This document shows positions 18,416 through 28,211 of a stretch of 64,000 bases of DNA, piece after piece (position 1 is the first letter of the stretch; each line of letters begins with the position of its first letter). The position numbers and the translations under genes were made by a program. Source of the stretch: Spirochaetia bacterium (lineage in GTDB: Bacteria > Spirochaetota > Spirochaetia > CADAEX01); assembly GCA_017535435.1 (NCBI GenBank), contig JAFXTY010000050.1, positions 5,211-69,210 on the forward strand, written 5' to 3'. The notes under the pieces were generated by a model, which saw nothing but the letters and a program-made list of their open reading frames with translations, had not been told where the DNA came from and searched no databases.

Positions 18416-19521
18416 TGGCTGTCTATCTTTCTTCCCCGGGTGTTGCATGCTGTGCCGGAAGCGGACTTGCAGCCCTGCATGATGCAGTTTTGGAAAGGAA
18501 GCCATGGCATAAGACTGACCTTGCAATGGAAGCTCTTATGGATGATGCCCTGTCTCAGATCAAGGATGCCGTGGCCTTGGCTGTAAATCGTTATGGAAAC
18601 AGCCGTATAGGAGTTTTTGTAGGCTCCTGCGACAACGGCACTTCCTATTCCCTGCCGGCACACAAGCAGTTCTTTGAAACCGGCTCATTTCCTGCTGGCT
18701 ACTCATTCTCATACCAGAAGGCAGATTATCCCGCCGCATATATTCAGAAAAAACTGGGGCTCCGTGGCTTTGCCGCCGCCTGTGCCACCGCCTGCGCCTC
18801 CAGTGCCAGCGCTATAATCAAGGCATGCCAGCTTATAAAGGCAGGTTTCTGCGATGCAGCTGTTGCAGGGGGTGTGGATATAGCCTCCAGGATTGTCCTT
18901 TCCGGCTTTGGGGCACTGGAGGCAGTTTCCCCAGGTCTTACCAATCCTTTCAGTAAGAACAGGGACGGTATTTCCCTTGGAGATGGAGCCGCATTCTTTG
19001 TCATTGCCCGGGAAGACCTGTGGGAAACAGGCATACAGCTTCTGGGCTGGGGTGAAAGCTCCGATGCCCATCACATTACTGCTCCCGAGGCCAGCGGCGC
19101 ACAGGCGGCTGCCGCAATAAAGAAGGCATTGGACAGCGCCGGGCTTAAGCCGACTGATATCGATTACATAAACCTTCATGGAACCGGAACCAAGCTGAAC
19201 GATCTTATGGAAAGCCGGGCCGTGGCCAGTAACTTTGGATCGGGGATGCCTCCTGTAAGCTCCACAAAGCCGGTCACTGGCCACACCCTGGGGGCGGCTG
19301 GGGCTCTTGAGCTTGCAATCTGCTGTTCCCTCATCACTGCCGGCGACGGCAAGCTTCCTCCCCAGCTCTGGGACGGAGAAAAAGATGAAGAGCTGGAACC
19401 TCTTAACTTTGCAGAAAAAGAAAAAACATATAAAGGCATCCGCACCTGCATGAGCAACACCTTCGGCTTCGGCGGCTGCAATGTGAGCCTGATAATTGGA
19501 GAGAAAGATGAAGGCCATTGA
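18415..19521 (+). CDS. beta-ketoacyl-ACP synthase (KS)
   Basis: 368 aa. Thiolase-fold KS with the active-site Cys region (ACATACASSAS) and His/His region (NLHGTGT..., GHTLGAAG). Confidence 0.85.
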   Translation: MAVYLSSPGVACCAGSGLAALHDAVLERKPWHKTDLAMEALMDDALSQIKDAVALAVNRYGNSRIGVFVGSCDNGTSYSLPAHKQFFETGSFPAGYSFSYQKADYPAAYIQKKLGLRGFAAACATACASSASAIIKACQLIKAGFCDAAVAGGVDIASRIVLSGFGALEAVSPGLTNPFSKNRDGISLGDGAAFFVIAREDLWETGIQLLGWGESSDAHHITAPEASGAQAAAAIKKALDSAGLKPTDIDYINLHGTGTKLNDLMESRAVASNFGSGMPPVSSTKPVTGHTLGAAGALELAICCSLITAGDGKLPPQLWDGEKDEELEPLNFAEKEKTYKGIRTCMSNTFGFGGCNVSLIIGEKDEGH

Positions 19522-19966
19522 GAAAGATGAACTTATAAACCTGCTTCCTCACAAGGGAAGGATGTTCCTCCTGGACCGTGCGGTGGATGTGGATTATGAG
19601 GATTATTCCATAAAGACCCAGGTGGATGTGACAAAGAATTCCATGTTCTATGACGAGGGGCTGGGAGGGATTCCTTCTTACATAACCTTTGAATATATGG
19701 CTCAGAGCATCTCTGCCCTTTCTGGCTTTGCCAACAGGCGCAAGGGATTGCCTCCGAAGGTGGGAGTCATCCTCAGTGTCTCTGACTTCAAAACCTTTGT
19801 TCCTGTGCTTGAGGCGGGAACAACTGTCACAGTCGCAGATTACCATCAGGCTGTGGTGGACCGGGTCTTCTCTTTCAACTGCACAGCCCATGTGGGTGAC
19901 ACTCTTGTGGCATCCGGCAAGCTTACAGTGATGGACATTGATGATCTGAGCGAATTGGGTATATGA
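19496..19966 (+). CDS. FabA/FabZ-like 3-hydroxyacyl-ACP dehydratase
   Basis: 156 aa. LPHKGRMFLLDR matches the FabZ LPHRYPFLLVDR region. Confidence 0.75.
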   Translation: MERKMKAIEKDELINLLPHKGRMFLLDRAVDVDYEDYSIKTQVDVTKNSMFYDEGLGGIPSYITFEYMAQSISALSGFANRRKGLPPKVGVILSVSDFKTFVPVLEAGTTVTVADYHQAVVDRVFSFNCTAHVGDTLVASGKLTVMDIDDLSELGI

Positions 19967-19983
19967 TGAAGGAAGGAGCTTTT

Positions 19984-20709
19984 ATGGATAAAAAGAAAGT
20001 GCTTGTGACCGGGGCTGGCCGGGGTATTGGCCGCGCCATTGCCTTGGCCTGTGCAAAGGCAGGATATGAGGTTATTGCCCATTACAATAAAAGCAGCCGG
20101 CCGGCAGCTGAGCTGAAATCTGAGATTGAAGCAGGCGGCGGTGTATGCCGGCTTATCCAGTTTGATATCTCTGACCGGGCCGACTGCCGCAGGAAACTTG
20201 AGGCTCTATGGGAAGAGCAGGGGCCGCTGTGGGGCATTGTGTGCAATGCTGGAATCTGCTCCGACAACACCTTTGTGGCTCTGTCTGACAATCAGTGGGA
20301 TTCTGTCATCAACACCAACCTGAACGGTTTCTTCAATGTCCTTTCTCCGCTTGTAATGCCTATGTGCCGCAAGAAAAAGGGACGCATAGTGACAATAGCC
20401 TCTGCCTCCGGCATCATAGGAAACCGGGGTCAGGTCAACTACAGCGCCTCCAAGGCCGGGATCATAGGTGCCACCAAGGCTCTTGCAACCGAACTTGCCA
20501 GCCGTTCCATCACCGTGAACTGCGTGGCTCCGGGGGTAATTGAGACAGATATGATAGGGGAGGTTCCCGAGGACAAGGTTCTGCCTGCCATCCCTATGGG
20601 GAGATTCGGAAAACCTGAGGAAGTGGCTCCTGTTGTAGTATTCCTCCTCTCTGAGGAAGCATCTTACATAACACGGCAGGTTATTTCTGTAAACGGTGGT
20701 CTATTATGA
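19984..20709 (+). CDS. 3-oxoacyl-ACP reductase (SDR)
   Basis: Start at ATG 19984 with GGAAGGAG RBS. TGAGRGIGRAIA Rossmann motif and YSASKAG catalytic Tyr-x3-Lys. Confidence 0.85.
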   Translation: MDKKKVLVTGAGRGIGRAIALACAKAGYEVIAHYNKSSRPAAELKSEIEAGGGVCRLIQFDISDRADCRRKLEALWEEQGPLWGIVCNAGICSDNTFVALSDNQWDSVINTNLNGFFNVLSPLVMPMCRKKKGRIVTIASASGIIGNRGQVNYSASKAGIIGATKALATELASRSITVNCVAPGVIETDMIGEVPEDKVLPAIPMGRFGKPEEVAPVVVFLLSEEASYITRQVISVNGGLL

Positions 20710-21929
20710 ACAGAAGAGTTGTGGTAACTGGCGGAAGCGTAATCTCTGCCCTGGGAAATGAATGGAACGAGATTTTTGCAAACCTGAAGCAGAAGAAGAA
20801 CAAAATCAAATATATGCCTGAATGGGAGAGGTACCAGGGGATGAACACCCGTCTGGCCTGTCCTGTGGATTTTAAGGCTCCCGATTTCCCCCGGAAAAAA
20901 ACCAGGGGCATGGGACGCATTGCCCTTATGGCTGTGACCAGTGCAGATAATGCTCTTAAGGATGCAGGCCTTCATGAAAGCCCGGAGCTCAAGGCTGGAC
21001 GATGTGGAGTCTCCTACGGTTCCTCTGCCGGCAGCATCGACTCCCTCCTGGACTTCTACTCCATGCTTATAACAGACACTGCAAACAAGATAAGCGCCAC
21101 CACCTACATAAAGATGATGCCCCAGACCTGCGCTGCCAACATCAGTGTCTTCTATGGCCTTACCGGCCGTCTTATAACCACCAATACGGCCTGCACATCA
21201 GGCAGCATGTCCATAGGATATGCCTTCGAAAGCATAAGAAACGGACAGCAGGACATAATGCTTGCCGGCGGTGCCGAGGAGCTTTCCCCCGCCGATTCTG
21301 CTGTGTTTGACGTGCTCTTTGCTGCCAGCGGGTTGAATGATAAACCAGAGCTGACCCCAAAGGCCTACGATAAGAATCGGGACGGACTGGTGATCGGCGA
21401 AGGTTCGGGAACCCTCATCCTTGAGGAATATGAGCATGCTGTGGCAAGAGGTGCCAAGATTTATGCCGAGATGGTGGGCTTTGGAACAAACACCGACGGT
21501 ACACATATAACCCAGCCCAACAAGACCACTATGCGCCGGGCCATGGAACTGGCCCTGGAAAGCGCAGGTCTTACCCCCGACAGGATAGGCTATGTGAATA
21601 CCCACGGCACCGCGACTCTGGCCGGCGATGTGGCAGAAAGCCATGCTACCTACGAGGTGTTCGGAGGTAAAGTACCAGTCAGCACAATCAAGAACTATAT
21701 CGGGCACACCCTGGGCGCCTGCGGCGTCATTGAGGCATGGACATCAATCAATATGATGAGGGAGGGGTGGCTTGCCCCGAACATTAATCTGACCGAGGTG
21801 GATCCAGAATGCGCTCCGCTTGATTACATAATGGGCGATGGAAGGGAGACCAAAGTGGACTACATAATGTCCAACAACTTCGCCTTCGGAGGAATCAACA
21901 CATCTCTTATTTTCAAGAGGTTATCATGA
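20706..21929 (+). CDS. beta-ketoacyl-ACP synthase II-like (KS)
   Basis: 407 aa. TACTSG active-site Cys, HGTAT and GHTLGACG His motifs. ATGA-type overlap with the KR gene. Confidence 0.85.
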   Translation: MNRRVVVTGGSVISALGNEWNEIFANLKQKKNKIKYMPEWERYQGMNTRLACPVDFKAPDFPRKKTRGMGRIALMAVTSADNALKDAGLHESPELKAGRCGVSYGSSAGSIDSLLDFYSMLITDTANKISATTYIKMMPQTCAANISVFYGLTGRLITTNTACTSGSMSIGYAFESIRNGQQDIMLAGGAEELSPADSAVFDVLFAASGLNDKPELTPKAYDKNRDGLVIGEGSGTLILEEYEHAVARGAKIYAEMVGFGTNTDGTHITQPNKTTMRRAMELALESAGLTPDRIGYVNTHGTATLAGDVAESHATYEVFGGKVPVSTIKNYIGHTLGACGVIEAWTSINMMREGWLAPNINLTEVDPECAPLDYIMGDGRETKVDYIMSNNFAFGGINTSLIFKRLS

Positions 21930-23008
21930 TGGATTACTATTCTGACAAGATGAGGGCAATAGATGCCAAGACCAAGGCCCAGGAAATTGCCTTTGCCCCT
22001 CTGGCCTTCCAGACAGTGCTGGCACTGCGGAACCTGGGGATGCTGAAGAGTATCAACGATTCAGGGGATGCGGGGCTTACAGCTGAAGCAGTTGCCGAGA
22101 AGGCAGTAGTCTCTCTCTACGGAGCAAAAGTTCTTCTGGAATTTGCCCTGGGAATGGGGGTGGTCAAACTGGTTCCCGAAATCAAGGAAGAGCGGTATGT
22201 CCTGTCAAAGACAGGCTGGTTCCTTCTTGAGGATGATATGACCCGGGTCAACATGGACTTTGTGAACGATATCTGCTACAAAGGGGCTTTCAATCTCACA
22301 GAATCTGTAAAAAACGGAAAGCCGGAGGGACTGGCTGTATTCGGGAAATGGACAACAATCTATGAGGCTCTTTCCACCCTGCCGGAACAGGCCAAGAAAA
22401 GCTGGTTCGCCTTTGACCATTTCTATTCCGACATCGCCTTCCCCGAGGCGCTGCCCATAGTATTTGCCCAGAAGCCGAAGAAACTGCTTGATATCGGCGG
22501 CAATACTGCCAAATGGAGCATCTGCTGCTGCAAGTATAATCCAGATGTGAAGGTGACCATAGTGGATCTGCCGGGCCAGACCGCAGTAGCCCGGGAGAAT
22601 GCGGCAAAGGCTGGATTCGGTGACAGAATCGATACCTGCGAGGGGAATATCCTTGCCGATTCCACAGTATTGCCAAAGGGCTATGATGCAGTGTGGATGA
22701 GCCAGTTCCTGGACTGCTTCTCCTTGAAGCAGGTTACCAAGATCATTAAGAAAGTAGTGTCTGCTGCAGGGAATAATACTGATATTTTTGTGCTGGAGCC
22801 CTTGTGGGACTGCCAGAAGTTCCAGGCCTCATCCTACTCCCTCCAGGCCACATCCATATACTTTACCTGCATGGCCAATGGAAACAGCAAGATGTACCGC
22901 TGTCAGGAGCTGTTAGATGCCATAGAGGCCGGCGGTGCCAAGCTGGAGACAGCCCACCATAACCTGGGCTCCAACAGTTATTCGCTCCTCCGGTTCAGGA
23001 AAAAATAA
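21926..23008 (+). CDS. SAM-dependent O-methyltransferase (class I, with dimerisation domain)
   Basis: 360 aa. LLDIGGNTAKWS (motif I, GxGxG-like) and a downstream acidic residue. Confidence 0.75.
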   Translation: MMDYYSDKMRAIDAKTKAQEIAFAPLAFQTVLALRNLGMLKSINDSGDAGLTAEAVAEKAVVSLYGAKVLLEFALGMGVVKLVPEIKEERYVLSKTGWFLLEDDMTRVNMDFVNDICYKGAFNLTESVKNGKPEGLAVFGKWTTIYEALSTLPEQAKKSWFAFDHFYSDIAFPEALPIVFAQKPKKLLDIGGNTAKWSICCCKYNPDVKVTIVDLPGQTAVARENAAKAGFGDRIDTCEGNILADSTVLPKGYDAVWMSQFLDCFSLKQVTKIIKKVVSAAGNNTDIFVLEPLWDCQKFQASSYSLQATSIYFTCMANGNSKMYRCQELLDAIEAGGAKLETAHHNLGSNSYSLLRFRKK

Positions 23009-23652
23009 TGGAGCTTTATATCAACCGATGGGCCTTTTGGGCACCGCCTTGCGACAACCAAGCCGCCTCGCCGCCCCTGGACTATGTCCCGCCTCTATTA
23101 AAGCGCAGACTCAGCCAGCTGACCAGGATGACCATAGAGGTTGTGCACCAGGTGCTGGATGCAGCCCCTGAAAGCGGCCTGGTCTTTGTCTCGTCGGGCG
23201 GCGAGTCGGCCCGGCAGCTGCAGGTTGACAGGATGCTTATCGAGGATGGCGGCATACTGCCGGCTCCCTTCTCCCTGTCAGTCTTCAACGCCTCTCCAGC
23301 CATGGCTACCATAGCCCTGGGTATGAAGGGAGGCTACACCGCACTGTTCCCGGCTCAGAACCTTTTCCAGGAGGGACTTGTATACGGAGCTGCCCCTGTC
23401 ATGGCTGGAGAGACAGAATCTGCGATTCTGGTGTTTGCCGACCAGCAGCTGCCGGCCGAGTATATGGCCATTGCCTCCCCGGAGGACATAATTCCACCCT
23501 ATGTAGCCTCCTTCGTCCTCTCTTCTGTAAAACAGCCCGGCGGTATGGCAATAACTTTGAATCCCGAAGCTGCCTGCATCGGTGAAGCAGTTCCTTACTC
23601 ATCCCTGGAGGAACTTATAACCATGCTCAAGGGGGAGGCTTCCAGTGTCTAA
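23008..23652 (+). CDS. KS-N-terminal-like / chain-length-factor-like protein lacking the catalytic Cys
   Basis: 214 aa. Position and size match the CLF-like partner of APE KS enzymes. Low-complexity Ala/Pro-rich region. Weak similarity judged by eye. Confidence 0.5.
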   Translation: MELYINRWAFWAPPCDNQAASPPLDYVPPLLKRRLSQLTRMTIEVVHQVLDAAPESGLVFVSSGGESARQLQVDRMLIEDGGILPAPFSLSVFNASPAMATIALGMKGGYTALFPAQNLFQEGLVYGAAPVMAGETESAILVFADQQLPAEYMAIASPEDIIPPYVASFVLSSVKQPGGMAITLNPEAACIGEAVPYSSLEELITMLKGEASSV

Positions 23653-24412
23653 GCTTCTCCTCTGGTACCGTATTTTTGTGAAGCTCTTCCTATTCTTTGT
23701 CTTTGGAGTCGGCAGCCTTGTCCTCATAACCGCAGTGTTTCCTACAATCCGCCTTTTATCGGCATCAAATCAGGCCTTCAAGCGGAAATCCAGGAAGGCT
23801 ATGTGCAATACCCAGAAGTTCTTTGTATGGCTTGGAACACTGATGGGGGGCTTTGAGCTGAAGGTGGATGACAAGGAATATTTAAGCCATCTTTCCGGCA
23901 AGATAGTAGTGGCAAACCATCCGTCGCTGCTGGATGTGGTTATGCTCCTTTCTGTGATTCCCAATGCCGACTGCATAATCAAAGCATCCTTGGGACACCA
24001 TAACATTGTAAGCAACATAGTGAACACCCTCTATATTTCCAACTCTCTGGATTTTGACCACCTGACAAAGGAATGCACCAAATCGCTCCAGGAAGGCAAC
24101 TGTCTGATCATTTTCCCGGAAGGAAGCCGTACCAAAGCCGACGGAGTCCACCACTTCCAGCGGGGAGCTGCCCATATCGCCCTGTCATCAGGATGCAGCC
24201 TGATTCCGGTGTGTATCGGCGGTACTGATAAATATGGGCTTAGAAAACATGATCCGATGCTCTCCTATAATCCTAAGGAGAAATTCATCTATACACTCAA
24301 GACTCTTCCCGAGGTGAATCCTGCTGATTATGCAGATATTCCGGTTCCGGCAGCGGCTCGGAGAATCACAGAGAAGATTAAATCTGACATAGAGACTGAG
24401 CTGAATCGTTGA
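23645..24412 (+). CDS. 1-acyl-sn-glycerol-3-phosphate acyltransferase (PlsC-like)
   Basis: 255 aa. N-terminal TM segment. VVANHPSLLDVV (H.4D acyltransferase motif I) and FPEGSRT (motif III). Confidence 0.7.
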   Translation: MSKLLLWYRIFVKLFLFFVFGVGSLVLITAVFPTIRLLSASNQAFKRKSRKAMCNTQKFFVWLGTLMGGFELKVDDKEYLSHLSGKIVVANHPSLLDVVMLLSVIPNADCIIKASLGHHNIVSNIVNTLYISNSLDFDHLTKECTKSLQEGNCLIIFPEGSRTKADGVHHFQRGAAHIALSSGCSLIPVCIGGTDKYGLRKHDPMLSYNPKEKFIYTLKTLPEVNPADYADIPVPAAARRITEKIKSDIETELNR

Positions 24413-24467
24413 CAAAGAAAAACATTCTTAATATAAATAGATTATATTTCTGAAAAGGGGAATTCAT

Positions 24468-24686
24468 TTGGCAAAGGAAGAAGCGATAGAGATAGAAGGT
24501 ATTGTCAAAGAGGCACTGCCAAACACCATGTTCAAGGTGGAACTGAAGAACGGACACATTATTCTGGCACACCTGTCAGGAAAGATGAGAAAGTTTTACA
24601 TCCGTATTGTTCCAGGCGACAAGGTTAGAATAGCTCTTTCCCCATACGACCTGACCAGAGGAAGAATCATCTTCCGGGAAAAATAA
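24468..24686 (+). CDS. infA: translation initiation factor IF-1
   Basis: 72 aa with TTG start and AAAGGGG RBS. Near-identical to the IF-1 consensus (...GIV.EALPN.MFRVEL.NGH.VLAH.SGKMRK..IRI..GD.V.VE.SPYDLT.GRI..R). Confidence 0.9.
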   Translation: MAKEEAIEIEGIVKEALPNTMFKVELKNGHIILAHLSGKMRKFYIRIVPGDKVRIALSPYDLTRGRIIFREK

Positions 24687-25100
24687 TTATTTTTTGACTG
24701 CAACCCAGACAGCTCCGGAGCCTCCATCAGCAGCCCCGGGAATTCCATGCTTTCCGGCATAAGAGGAATGCTCAATAAAATCCATAACTGCTTTCTTAAG
24801 CTTCGGCTCTTCTTTTGAGTGGATTCCCTTTCCGTGTATGATAAGCACTTTTTTCCATCCTTTTTTATGCGCTTCTATAAACAAGCTGTTAAGCTGTGCC
24901 TGTGCCTCGGCCACTGTAAGCCCATGGAGATCGATGGTGGCATCTGCAGATATTTTCTCATAATTTATTGAACGCCTCGGCGCCTGCGGCTGGGACTCTT
25001 TTTCTTTTATCTGGGCTTCCGCTTTTTTTGCCTCCGGGGTTTTTTCCCACTGGGCAAAGATATCGGCAAAGCTTTTTTTCTTAGGATCTGTAGTCTGCAT
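24687..25100 (-). CDS. Smr-domain protein
   Basis: 137 aa. IDLHGLTVAEAQAQL...VLIIHGKG is the Smr (MutS2 C-terminal-like) signature. Confidence 0.65.
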   Translation of the reverse strand: MQTTDPKKKSFADIFAQWEKTPEAKKAEAQIKEKESQPQAPRRSINYEKISADATIDLHGLTVAEAQAQLNSLFIEAHKKGWKKVLIIHGKGIHSKEEPKLKKAVMDFIEHSSYAGKHGIPGAADGGSGAVWVAVKK

Positions 25101-26364
25101 TTTCCTTCACATAGGCATAGGAGAGGTCTGTTCCCTTGACTTCAGCACATCCTTTTCCTTTATCAGAAAGCTTATACAGAACATCTACAGTCATGTTATG
25201 CTCGGGGTAGGTCTTGTGGTCTGAATCAAAGGAGCGCTCTTTCATATATTTGGAGAGCTTGTCCTCCTTGCGTCTGTCGATGCAGAAGGAGCCCTTGTCA
25301 AATACCAGCTCCTTCCCAAGCCATATGCTCATCTGGTCCTTGTCGAAATCCAGGCCGTTGTTGCCCATGAAGTCTCCTACGCTGGAGACCAGGCGGCCTA
25401 CATTGGGGTCGTTGCCGAAAACAGCGGTGGTGACAAGGGGTGAGTTGATCACGGCCTTGCCAACTGCCTTTGCAATATCATTGTTCTGTGCCCCTGTCAC
25501 CTTGACTTTTATGACATGGCCTGATCCTTCGGCATTGCGGACAATATCCTCGGCCAGTTCGGTGCAAAGCTTAAGGAGGGCCTCCTCAAAAAGCTTCTCA
25601 TCCACTGCCGGCTTGGCTGCGGAGCTGAGGAGAATGACAGAGTCGCTGGTGCTCTGGTCGCTGTCCACTGAGATGCAGTTGTATGTCTGGTCTGCAACGC
25701 GCTTGAGGCACTTCTGCAGGAAGCTCTTGCTCATTGAGATGTCGGTGAGTATGTAAGAAAGCATGGTGGCCATGTTGGGCTCTATCATGCCGGCTCCTTT
25801 TGCCACAGCCACAATGCGGCCCCGGCCCACCTTTATGGAGCGGAGCTTGGGGAATGCATCGGTGGTCATTATGCCTTTGGCCAGCTTGACACCAGTACCT
25901 CCCTCAAGGGATGCAACCAGCTGGGGAATCTTATCTTTCATTGCCTTGATGGGGAGCCGCCAGCCTATGATTCCTGTGGAGCAGGGAAAGTATTCCTCTG
26001 CCTTGCCGCCGGCAGTCTTGGCCAGTGTCTCAAGGAGGCTGATGGAATCCTCTATTCCGGTTTTCATGCAGACATTTGCAATCTTGTTGTTGATCAGGAT
26101 GCCCCGGATCTGTCTGGCTTTAAGCCTTTCTCTTCCGATTATGACAGGAGAGCCTGGACATTTGTTGCTGGTGAATATGCCGGCAAAACGTGTTGTCGGT
26201 TTGTCCAGCATAATAAGTGACATATTCATGGGAAGGGGGTTGATAAGTTTTCTTTCTTCAGGGAAAAACGACAGGGGAAGAACAGCAGTCTTGAAGCCTT
26301 CCGGAAGCTGTCCCCGCTTTTCCAGGGCAGCTATATATGCATCATAAGATTCATATTTTTCCAT
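25081..26364 (-). CDS. argJ: bifunctional glutamate N-acetyltransferase / amino-acid acetyltransferase
   Basis: 427 aa. Self-cleavage site ...PNMATMLSYILTD (ATML), KGAGMI and VDSDQSTSD motifs. Confidence 0.85.
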   Translation of the reverse strand: MEKYESYDAYIAALEKRGQLPEGFKTAVLPLSFFPEERKLINPLPMNMSLIMLDKPTTRFAGIFTSNKCPGSPVIIGRERLKARQIRGILINNKIANVCMKTGIEDSISLLETLAKTAGGKAEEYFPCSTGIIGWRLPIKAMKDKIPQLVASLEGGTGVKLAKGIMTTDAFPKLRSIKVGRGRIVAVAKGAGMIEPNMATMLSYILTDISMSKSFLQKCLKRVADQTYNCISVDSDQSTSDSVILLSSAAKPAVDEKLFEEALLKLCTELAEDIVRNAEGSGHVIKVKVTGAQNNDIAKAVGKAVINSPLVTTAVFGNDPNVGRLVSSVGDFMGNNGLDFDKDQMSIWLGKELVFDKGSFCIDRRKEDKLSKYMKERSFDSDHKTYPEHNMTVDVLYKLSDKGKGCAEVKGTDLSYAYVKENADYRS

Positions 26365-26382
26365 AGCTTAAATTTATAGAAA

Positions 26383-26850
26383 TTAATTGAGCAGTGCAAG
26401 ATAAAAATTGGCCAAAGCAATATTTTCCCTTGCCGGCTGATAATCAGGATTTATATCAAGGGCCCTGCGGAAGAATTCCTTCGCTTTCTTATAATCCTTG
26501 CGGCGGAAAAAGATGGTGCCCATATTGTTGCAGAGCACATCGCTTTCCCCTTGCTCAAGGGCTTTCTGAAACAGCGTTTCCGCCTCTGTGTCCCGTTCTG
26601 CCTTAAGATGGACTGTCCCCAATGCGGTGAGGATATCAGCGTCATCACATTTAAGGGCAAGGGCTTTCTCCAGATAGAGGCGGGCATCATCCAGCCTCTC
26701 CTGATCGGAGGCAAGAAGACCCAGATTATAGAAGGCCAGATGGTTTGAGCTGTCTGCCTTGGCTGCCAGAAGGAACAAATCCTCTGCCTTCTGCATATCA
26801 TCTTCGGCCAGAGCGTCGGCACCTTTCATCATAAGTTCCTGTGAGTCCAT
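26383..26850 (-). CDS. tetratricopeptide-repeat protein
   Basis: 155 aa. Three to four 34-residue TPR units with the W/LG/Y/A/F/A/P spacing. Confidence 0.65.
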   Translation of the reverse strand: MDSQELMMKGADALAEDDMQKAEDLFLLAAKADSSNHLAFYNLGLLASDQERLDDARLYLEKALALKCDDADILTALGTVHLKAERDTEAETLFQKALEQGESDVLCNNMGTIFFRRKDYKKAKEFFRRALDINPDYQPARENIALANFYLALLN

Positions 26851-26927
26851 AGATTAAATATAGTGATAGTGAAAACGTTTGGCAATCGGCCTATAATATG
26901 TTATAATCAATAGATGGGGAGGATGAT

Positions 26928-28211
26928 TTGATTAACCTGCGCAGATTTTACAAGGAGAAACAGCTCTACATAATTGTTGTAATCGCAGTTGTCCTTCTTT
27001 TCTGCTTCGTGGGATATATCGCCACCTCCTTCTTCAATATGATGCAGGACAACATGGTGCGCCGTGTGGAGAGCAGCAGCATCTATGAGCAGTGGCTCCT
27101 TACTAAATCGGCGGCCGAGATCTTCCTTACCTCGGGCAAGCAGCCGGAGCTTAAGACAAATGTGAACATGAACATAAGGGCTCTGGACAAAAGCTTTGCT
27201 GTACTGGAGGGAGAGACTGCCCAGGTGTTCCTTGGGGATGACGAGTTCAAGGACAAGGTCCCCAGCTTGCTTCAGAACTGGAACTATATTAAATATTACC
27301 TGTTTGAGATTGTAAGCAACGAAGACAGCTACCGGAATTTCGAGACCCAGATATTCTGGCTTTCCAACGACACCAACCGTTTCTCCAGCGAGCTCAAGGA
27401 TCTCGCCTCCTTCATGGATCAGTACCACAGAAGGCAGCTGAACATGCTGTGGAAAGTCTTCCTGGGCCTTATATTCCTGTACCTCTCCTTCACTGCTATC
27501 TTCATCTTCTTCTTCAACCGTTTCAGCAAGACCCACAGGGCAGAGCAGGAGTACAAGCAGCTCCTGGCAGAGTCTATGGAGAACCGGGAGATAGAGAAGC
27601 AGAATATGGTGCTGGAGATTCACGATACTGTAATCCAGGATATGGTCTATTCAAAAATGCTCTGTATGGACCTGGTGAATCAGTATAAAGGAGACCGGGG
27701 ACAGGAGCAGATCATGGCCCTGACCAACAAGCTGGCCGGAGCTCTGCAGCAGATGCGTGATATCTCCTATGGCATAAGGCCTCCGGAGCTGGAGAAAAAC
27801 CTGGATGAGATTGTCTCCAACTATGTGAAGAACTGGGAGATCAAGACAGGCAGGAAAGCTGAATATTCTGCCATTGGCCTTGAGTCTGTCAAAGTTAAGA
27901 ACTCCCTGAAGCTCAATATCTATCGTATTATCCAGGAGCTTATGACCAACATCGAGAAACATTCCGATGCCACCGGAGTAAAAATAAACATAATCATTTC
28001 CTGGCCAAGTCTGCTGCTCAAGGTGTCGGATGACGGCAAGGGCTTCAACCTGGAGCAGGCCCTGGAGAAGTCAGACGGCAAATCCCATTCAGGACTCCGG
28101 GGTGTCATGGAGCGGGTCAAGATATCAAAGGGAACAATAAAAATCAAATTCTTGCAGGAACGGGGTACTGTGGTGAATATCACATTCCCATTGGAGGATA
28201 TAGATGACTGA
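26928..28211 (+). CDS. sensor histidine kinase (NarL/DegS-class, HisKA_3 plus HATPase)
   Basis: 427 aa with TTG start and GGGGAGG RBS. One TM segment on each side of a periplasmic domain of about 150 aa. H-box EIHDTVIQDM. HATPase N/G boxes in the C-terminus. Confidence 0.8.
   Translation: MINLRRFYKEKQLYIIVVIAVVLLFCFVGYIATSFFNMMQDNMVRRVESSSIYEQWLLTKSAAEIFLTSGKQPELKTNVNMNIRALDKSFAVLEGETAQVFLGDDEFKDKVPSLLQNWNYIKYYLFEIVSNEDSYRNFETQIFWLSNDTNRFSSELKDLASFMDQYHRRQLNMLWKVFLGLIFLYLSFTAIFIFFFNRFSKTHRAEQEYKQLLAESMENREIEKQNMVLEIHDTVIQDMVYSKMLCMDLVNQYKGDRGQEQIMALTNKLAGALQQMRDISYGIRPPELEKNLDEIVSNYVKNWEIKTGRKAEYSAIGLESVKVKNSLKLNIYRIIQELMTNIEKHSDATGVKINIIISWPSLLLKVSDDGKGFNLEQALEKSDGKSHSGLRGVMERVKISKGTIKIKFLQERGTVVNITFPLEDIDD

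Noticed and set aside
24705-24725. Perfect palindrome gctccggagc downstream of infA
   Set aside because: It lies inside the 3' end of the convergent Smr-domain gene and has no T-tract. It is not a terminator.
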